Below are positions 53,901-64,000 of a stretch of 64,000 nt of DNA, in pieces. The stretch comes from Antedon mediterranea. Taxonomy: Eukaryota; Animalia; Echinodermata. The notes under the pieces are model-generated. The model was not told where the DNA came from. It saw only the letters and a list, made by a program, of their open reading frames with translations, and did not search any database. The position numbers and the translations under genes are program-made. Position 1 is the first letter of the stretch, and the number at the start of each line of letters is the position of its first letter. The DNA lies in contig NC_092673.1 of NCBI RefSeq assembly GCF_964355755.1, forward strand, positions 32,299,648 to 32,363,647, given 5' to 3'.

Positions 53901-54752
53901 AATATTGTATCTTGTTGTTGTAGGTTACAGGCATTGGCATGCAGACATCCGACCAGATGACACACCACTAGAGGGCGGTCTCGCCTTCACTTGTAAACTT
54001 AAGTCCGATGTCCCATTTCTAGGTAGGGAAGCTTTGGAAAAACAGAAAGAAGGCGGGCTGAAACGAAGGCTAGCTTGCTTCACAATTGATGAGTAAGTGT
54101 AGTTTACCATCTTATCTTGGACTACTAAGTAAAGTTGAGCAAGAAAATAAACAATAGACCGACAGGATGTGTGGGTGGGGCGAAGTCTTTTGGTTGACCA
54201 AACAATACCTTTTTCAATTAGTAAATAATTGTACACAACACAATTGTCAAGTGAGAAAGTAGAAGGGATTCAAGCAACCCATTTTTTATTCAAAAAATAT
54301 TATTAAAGGGTCTTTCATACAAATTTAAATGATATGCACCAATCGCTATGCGTATAGCCGCGTCAAAACGAAACATTGAAATTTGATTTGATTTTGACCA
54401 GTTTGACCAGAACCATGCCGGAGCAGGTGTGAAAGGCATTAAATAATGTCTCGAACCAAGACTAAATAAGCTATATAAATTCTTTTTCAGTCACGAGGCT
54501 CTACTTGGTTTCGAGGCTATATGGAGGAATGATCAAATCGTCGGATTCATCCGCCGTGCTGATTACGGATTCGCCATAGGAAAAAGTTTAGCGTATGGAT
54601 ATGTGACGCATCCTGATGGAAAAACAGTCACTGCTAAATTCCTCAGGGAAGGAAAATATGCCATCGAGAAGATGGGAATTAAATTTGCAGCTAAAATTCA
54701 CATGAAATCGCCATTCGATGCAGAAAATAATAGAGTTAAAGGAAATTATTAA
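41912..54752 (+). CDS. SARDH: Sarcosine dehydrogenase, mitochondrial
   Basis: Exons 41912-42218, 42703-42881, 43233-43412, 43635-43758, 44172-44377, 45446-45575, 45781-45958, 46392-46533, 47089-47172, 47455-47568, 51317-51455, 52186-52296, 52598-52745, 53262-53518, 53924-54092, 54491-54752. FAD motif [28 protein letters not shown] (covalent-FAD His), CGPESFTADH, and GCV_T domain [13 protein letters not shown] and [17 protein letters not shown]. Confidence 0.95.
42314..42454. mobile_element. MITE family A, most intact copy
   Basis: Perfect TIRs with TTA target-site duplication on both sides. Confidence 0.9.
44473..44595. mobile_element. MITE family A
   Basis: TIRs with TAA target-site duplication. 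Confidence 0.85.
44700..45229. mobile_element. 530-bp PIF/Harbinger-like MITE
   Basis: TIR GGGCGGATTGCTATAA ... TTATAGCAATCCGCCC flanked by a CAG direct repeat (CWG-type TSD), with internal subterminal repeats. Confidence 0.85.
46121..46239. mobile_element. MITE family A
   Basis: Diverged TIRs and core. Confidence 0.75.
46628..46742. repeat. 15-bp tandem repeat TGTAACAACACAGGG
   Basis: About 7.5 copies. Confidence 0.92.
47888..50930. repeat. 3-kb minisatellite, 55-bp unit
   Basis: CACGCACACATCAATCAATCAATAATACTGTATGT(T/A)GACAAGGACAAATATATAA, about 55 copies, in SARDH intron 10. Confidence 0.98.
51480..51800 (-). mobile_element. tRNA-derived SINE with Deu/Nin-like core, near full length
   Basis: The minus strand starts AGCGGAGTTGGCAGGGGCGCCG...GGTTCAAGACC (A/B-box-like), then the core shared with 10945-11112. 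Confidence 0.6.
52382..52559. mobile_element. Tc1/mariner-like MITE
   Basis: TA|CAGTAAAAC ... GTTTTACTG|TA. Confidence 0.7.
52965..53159. mobile_element. MITE family C
   Basis: Shares ACAGACACCGCAC, GTACAGTACTGTTGGTATT and CGAGCTCAGTG..CTGTTGTTAG with 14890-15089. Confidence 0.7.
53525..53792. repeat. Degenerate short tandem repeat (ACACCTGTATTAAAGGG)
   Basis: Related to the 36437-37362 core. Confidence 0.7.
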
Positions 54753-57438
54753 TTGATGATTATAATAAATTGTCACCCACAAATTGATAAAACAATAAGC
54801 TATTTTAATATAAACTTGCCGATTTCTTAAATGGCATAGCACGTATAAGCACATATGGAAAGTACATAGGATAAACAATATTTTAAAAATTGAAGCTCAC
54901 GGTAGCTAACCTTACCTCCGCCTACCTTATGGTTATTCAACGATTTTCATGCATCACTAATAAAAAATAAAGTAGAAAAAAAACATTATGGACAACAATT
55001 TAAACAAAGCATCATGAAAAATTTGTAGAAAACAATTTTAAATGAAAAGAAAAAAGTAAAAAAATATAATAACTACTATAAAATAATTAAAATATTAATA
55101 GGTTTCATTATAGGCGTGGGATGTTGGTGGTATGGGTTTTGTTATATTAAGTTGTCTATTTCTTTTCGGAATTTTTTTAAAAGGCCACTTTCTCACAATC
55201 GATGGTACAACCAGTACAGTATGCCTCTGTTTTGTAATATTTTGACACTGTACAAACAGTGCAACACAACAAACATAATTTTATGTAGACCTCAGGGAAA
55301 GTAGTGATTCTTTCAAAATAATTAATAAGCTATTTTTCTGCCAGTATTATGAAAATATTAACTGATTATTAATAATTTAATTATTTTAATAATAATGTTT
55401 AAAAACAGTTTATTTCCTCAAAGAGAATAAAGATTTACAACACTTTTAGTGGCCATTGCACATGTTTTATTGGATATCTCATGATTACAATACAGGGTAC
55501 ACATTATTTCATACACAAGAGAGAACAGAAGGGCGTTTGTCCCCTGTGTTATACAGCTGTATGTAAGGGAAGGAAAAACCTGTATACAGTATTTTGATCT
55601 CCATTATAGATTTTTAGTTTGGTATAATTTAACACACACCAAATTTGTTGGGGGTGAAATACAATGCGTTTATTGATAAGTATATTTACTTTGTACAAAA
55701 TGTAACTATATTAATTTTCCTACACTATATTTTTTATTTTAACTACAGTACATTATTTTACAAGTTTAACAATCTAAGATATGTATTTAATAACTATATA
55801 GTATTAGTAAGTTATGTTAATGTTTCAGTGATCAGTAAATATGGTATCCATTCCATATATAATAGTGTCATATGTTTGGGTAAGTTGGAGTATACAGTAA
55901 ATGAACATGATGATCCGATATAGACACTACAATTATTACTTTTTAGTGTCATTAAAACATTGTTACATTTTGTGGATTTTATTGGTGAACTCTCTAGTTT
56001 TTATATACAATAACTATGGATTCCCTTGTTTAGAACAACCCCTGCCATTGCATATTAATCCAGCTATTTCATTTCCAAAACGTTAAACCATTCGTTACAA
56101 CCATTTAAATAAAGGCCCTCTCGCTCATGTAAAGGCCACTTATGCAACTATCTTTAGCTCTCCACCTTCTATATATATTTCTGTTCTAACAATGGTCCTC
56201 TATTAGAGGAACTTAAATGGGTCAAAGTGCATCTACATCTAGGAATGTTGTTCGAATATAATTTGAAATATTAATATAGAACAATATTGTATAATTTACA
56301 TAAGGAGTTCACTTTTGTCGTCCGCTACTAGGCATCCTTCCCATCAGGCATTGCTCAGGCTAATTTTAAGTGTACTTTCTTAAATTTTAAACCTTCATTG
56401 CTACCCTTTACAGTACAGTACTGTACATATCAAGTCACATTATCTTCATGTAGGAGAACCAATGTACTATACTATAATTATATTAATTTAATTTAAAGAT
56501 TGAGAAACTCAAAATTGACCAGTGACTATTATGTTGAAATCAAGTAGAGTATAAATCAAGAAAATGGAATGGTTGAACAGAACAAAGTGATATGCCCTCA
56601 TCTTAGCATTAATTCACAAGGCAGGTTCTTCCAAGTATAATATATAAATTTAAACACTATTTGATATTATATCGTATGAAAAAATAGGAAAGAAATAATT
56701 CTATAAATAACACATACAGTTTTGGAAAACGATACCTAAATTCATTCACAAAGAACAATACAATTGGTACCCTTTTTTTTTCCATCAGATCTTCAAATCG
56801 GCCAACAACTAAAACAACATTAGACAACCCACTTATTAATTGACATAAATCATCAAACATATAAGGAATAAATTTAATACGGAAGATTTTTAAAGTACAG
56901 TCTAACCTGTATGTCATTTACTAACTAGTAAGATAATCAAATCATCTTCAATTATTATTTACATTAAAAATAAATATTTCAGCACCTTTATCGCTCCCAC
57001 CCTTGAAAAATATAAAATAAAATTTCATGTTGGCACTCAATTAAAATCACATCAAGGATTTTCTTTTTACTTAGATTATATATAAATAATAAATAAAATT
57101 TTTAGTTGGTTTTAAGTTATACCCAGATATAGACAAGCATTGTATTTGTATTGTGTAGACTGCTCACTGATGTATGCAATGTAATGAGTATCAAATTAAG
57201 GCATATTCGACTGCGCATAATTATGAACAGCAAGAATCTAGATTTGCTGACATTTTATCTGCTCAAAACAGCCTATTCAAATATTACCATGCATAATTGG
57301 ATGCACCTTTAACTACTAACCACCACACATTTTACATATGTGCTGTGACGATGCTCTTTCATTAATTGTATGGTATGTTCCACCCTTGGTTTGAATGCTG
57401 CTGAAACCGCTGCTTGTCTGAATAAGGTATTAGTTATT

Positions 57439-57600
57439 GCTTGGTTCCCACTAGAGATGCAACACCCAGGACGTAACGCAAGTTATTTGATTTGACCAAT
57501 CACAGAAGCGATGGATTTTTCCATTTCAGTTATTTGCAATTGGTCAACTCTTTTGCGTTGTGTCTACGTCCTTGCTTTGCTTCTCCAGTGGGAACCAAGC
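57439..57600. mobile_element. MITE family B in the BBLN 3' UTR
   Basis: TIR GCTTGGTTCCCACT ... AGTGGGAACCAAGC. Confidence 0.8.
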
Positions 57601-57638
57601 TTAATTTAAAGCTACTTTTCTTGATTCTCATGATGTCA

Positions 57639-58265
57639 TTATAATGTAGCATAAGGCATGCCTTCTATTTGCTCAGGGGGTTTCTTCCCCTTTTTCTTCC
57701 CTCCTCCTTTATCTGCGTTCTTATCATCATCTTTCGCTTCCTCTTTTTCAATTTGCTCACGAGCTTGTCGACTTGAATCTATCAATTCCTGAATTTTGAC
57801 AATAAGGTCGTCATTCTTTTGTTCAAGTTCTGTTAAATAATTGTCTAGTTGATCAATCGTGTTATTCAGTGATTCATATTCTGCTGCTTGTGAAAAAGAG
57901 AAAACATTTGTAATTTGTATGAGTAGGCCTATGTTATTATTATAATAGTATAATGTAGAACCCTATTATAAGAAAGGACAACAAAACTATCCCATGCCAT
58001 GTAATACTCTAGTAGTGGTACTAATTTTAGTTAAAAGTACAGTACTAATTTTATGATTTAAAGTCAGGGATAGGCCTGGATTTATCATAAAAAGTCAGCC
58101 TACTAGATAGATATACACCCATCATAATAGAATCCTTCAATCTATTCACCACCACCCACCTTGCTCAGTTTCTTCAACATCATCTACCATCATGTCTTCT
58201 TGATTTTCACTCTCAACGTCTGAAGATTCATTTTTATCTCCACCAATTCCCGTATGACCATTCAT
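57639..58265 (-). CDS. BBLN: Bublin coiled-coil protein (C9orf16/UPF0184), about 117 aa
   Basis: Exons 58265-58160 and 57886-57639. AEYESLNNTIDQLDNYLTELEQKNDDLIVKIQELIDSSRQAR matches the UPF0184 core (EY..IN..LDQI...L..LE.KND.L....QEL..S.RQ.R). Missed by the ORF track. Confidence 0.85.
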
Positions 58266-58379
58266 ATTGTTTTCGTGTCACAATCTTTATCCTTTTAAGC
58301 CTTTAATTATTATTATTTATTAACTAAAAATATCAACACAAACTGTTGTTTTCACTCTTATTTTTTCACTTCTTCACAT

Positions 58380-58816
58380 GATACGATTAGGCTTCTACGA
58401 AAAATATGTTTCTGTAATTTAACTTAACATATTGATCGTGTTGGACCACTTATATCCCCATTTATTTACTGTGGTTTTTATAATTGGTATATCACATTAA
58501 CCAAAGGGTACAAATATAGCATAACATGTTTCATATTTCTTTTTTCTACTACATTATTTTTTAATGAACAATCAATTTAGTTAATAAAACAATATTAATT
58601 TGATTTTAGGAATATTAAATTACGTTTAGCTATATATGCCTATAATTAAATATTATTTTAGTAAAACTACAACAATTTAGTTACCCCTTAAAATAAAAAT
58701 AGTTTTGTCCAAATACGTCATCACTGTGAAGACGCCGCATCATCAGCCATTTTGTCGTCGACTTTCGGTGTTCAGTGAAGAGTTGTGTCTTCTATTTTAA
58801 TCTGTATTTTTCAAAG
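58380..58816. promoter_or_regulatory. Bidirectional promoter of BBLN and DDX39, plus the non-coding first exon of DDX39
   Basis: Divergent genes, TACGTCA (about 58714), YY1-like CAGCCATTTTG (about 58744), and donor AAAG|GTTTGT at 58816. Confidence 0.5.
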
Positions 58817-59655
58817 GTTTGTGTTCACCAATCACTTTTTTTTGCTCTGTTCAGTAAAGTAATATAAATGAAACTGTTATTCTATGTTGTTATTTTTAAG
58901 AAAAATATAACAGTTGAAACAAATATTTACGTTATCTTTTGAGGAAGTAAAATACAGAATTATAGGCCTAGCTTGGATTGGTTTTGTTATCATTCTGATT
59001 GAAGACTAAGAGGATCTGAGGATCTAATATTGTGTACCTGTCTATGATTGATTAAAAAATTAAGTTTACTGTAAAATGAACTATTTAAAAGGAGTGTTAA
59101 CTGCATCATCAGGCTATGTAATTAAAATATAGGCCTACTAGGCCTAGGCTAGGCCTAGAATGTTTTAATTAAATCAATCAACCGGTCCATGTTGTGTTTG
59201 TGATCGGCGAATGAGTAGGTAGGAGATCCGGAGATCAAAACCATTTATTTATAAAATCGATCTATAATTTTGATAACGATATTAATCAAATGTAATTTTA
59301 TGTATTTTATTAAAATTTAAAATTAACAGCATGCTGTCAGTATAATTATACGCGATAATTATAATGTTTTACTTATTAATGCAAATAAACTGCTGTATAG
59401 TGTAATAAATATTACTAAAAATAATTATGACATGGCTTTGTAAGTTGGTTGACTAGGCTTTTAATTTGTCCCAGCATGCACTATAGTGTGTAAGAAAATC
59501 AATAACTAGCCAGTCACTGGTACAGCTATTCTAACAAAGAATCCATACTAATCAATAGTTTTCAATGTGTTTTAATTATTATTTTCAATTCTAGGAAGGA
59601 AAAGTTCAACAATTTGGTTTTTTCTATTTATAGCTTTTGAATTTTAAACAACAAA

Positions 59656-63973
<4,318 letters not shown>

Positions 63974-63985
63974 TAAATACTGTAA

Positions 63986-64000
63986 AGCTCTGTCTACACT
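63986..64000. mobile_element. Start of another family A MITE
   Basis: TAA|AGCTCTGTCTACACT at the window end. Confidence 0.7.

Noticed and set aside
41912-54752. Dimethylglycine dehydrogenase (DMGDH) instead of SARDH
   Set aside because: [28 protein letters not shown] and [10 protein letters not shown] are SARDH-type, whereas DMGDH has STWHAAG.

Overview
AT-rich, intron-containing animal DNA, probably an invertebrate deuterostome such as an echinoderm (inferred, not proven). Seven spliced protein-coding genes were reconstructed by hand from splice sites and reading phase. (1) AJM1-like apical junction protein (-), running off the left edge, with a MYND-like Zn finger. (2) An 8-exon gene (+, about 798 aa) joining a CARF-like DNA-binding region to a degenerate Mutator/MULE transposase core. 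(3) AIF1/Iba1-like EF-hand protein (-), whose 12.3-kb first intron holds a 5.2-kb satellite. (4) A FERM-only protein (-) of the SNX17/27/31 type that lacks the PX domain. (5) Sarcosine dehydrogenase (+, 16 coding exons). (6) Bublin/C9orf16 (-). (7) DDX39/UAP56 (+), running off the right edge. The most notable points are the gene set, whose human homologs lie on the MHC and its paralogons (6p21, 9q34, 19p13), the apparently domesticated CARF-MULE gene, the structured intron of DDX39, and an excess of TAGGCCTA-type motifs that may be transposon footprints. The rest is MITEs, SINE/LINE remnants and tandem repeats. No database searches were run; family calls rest on recognised motifs.
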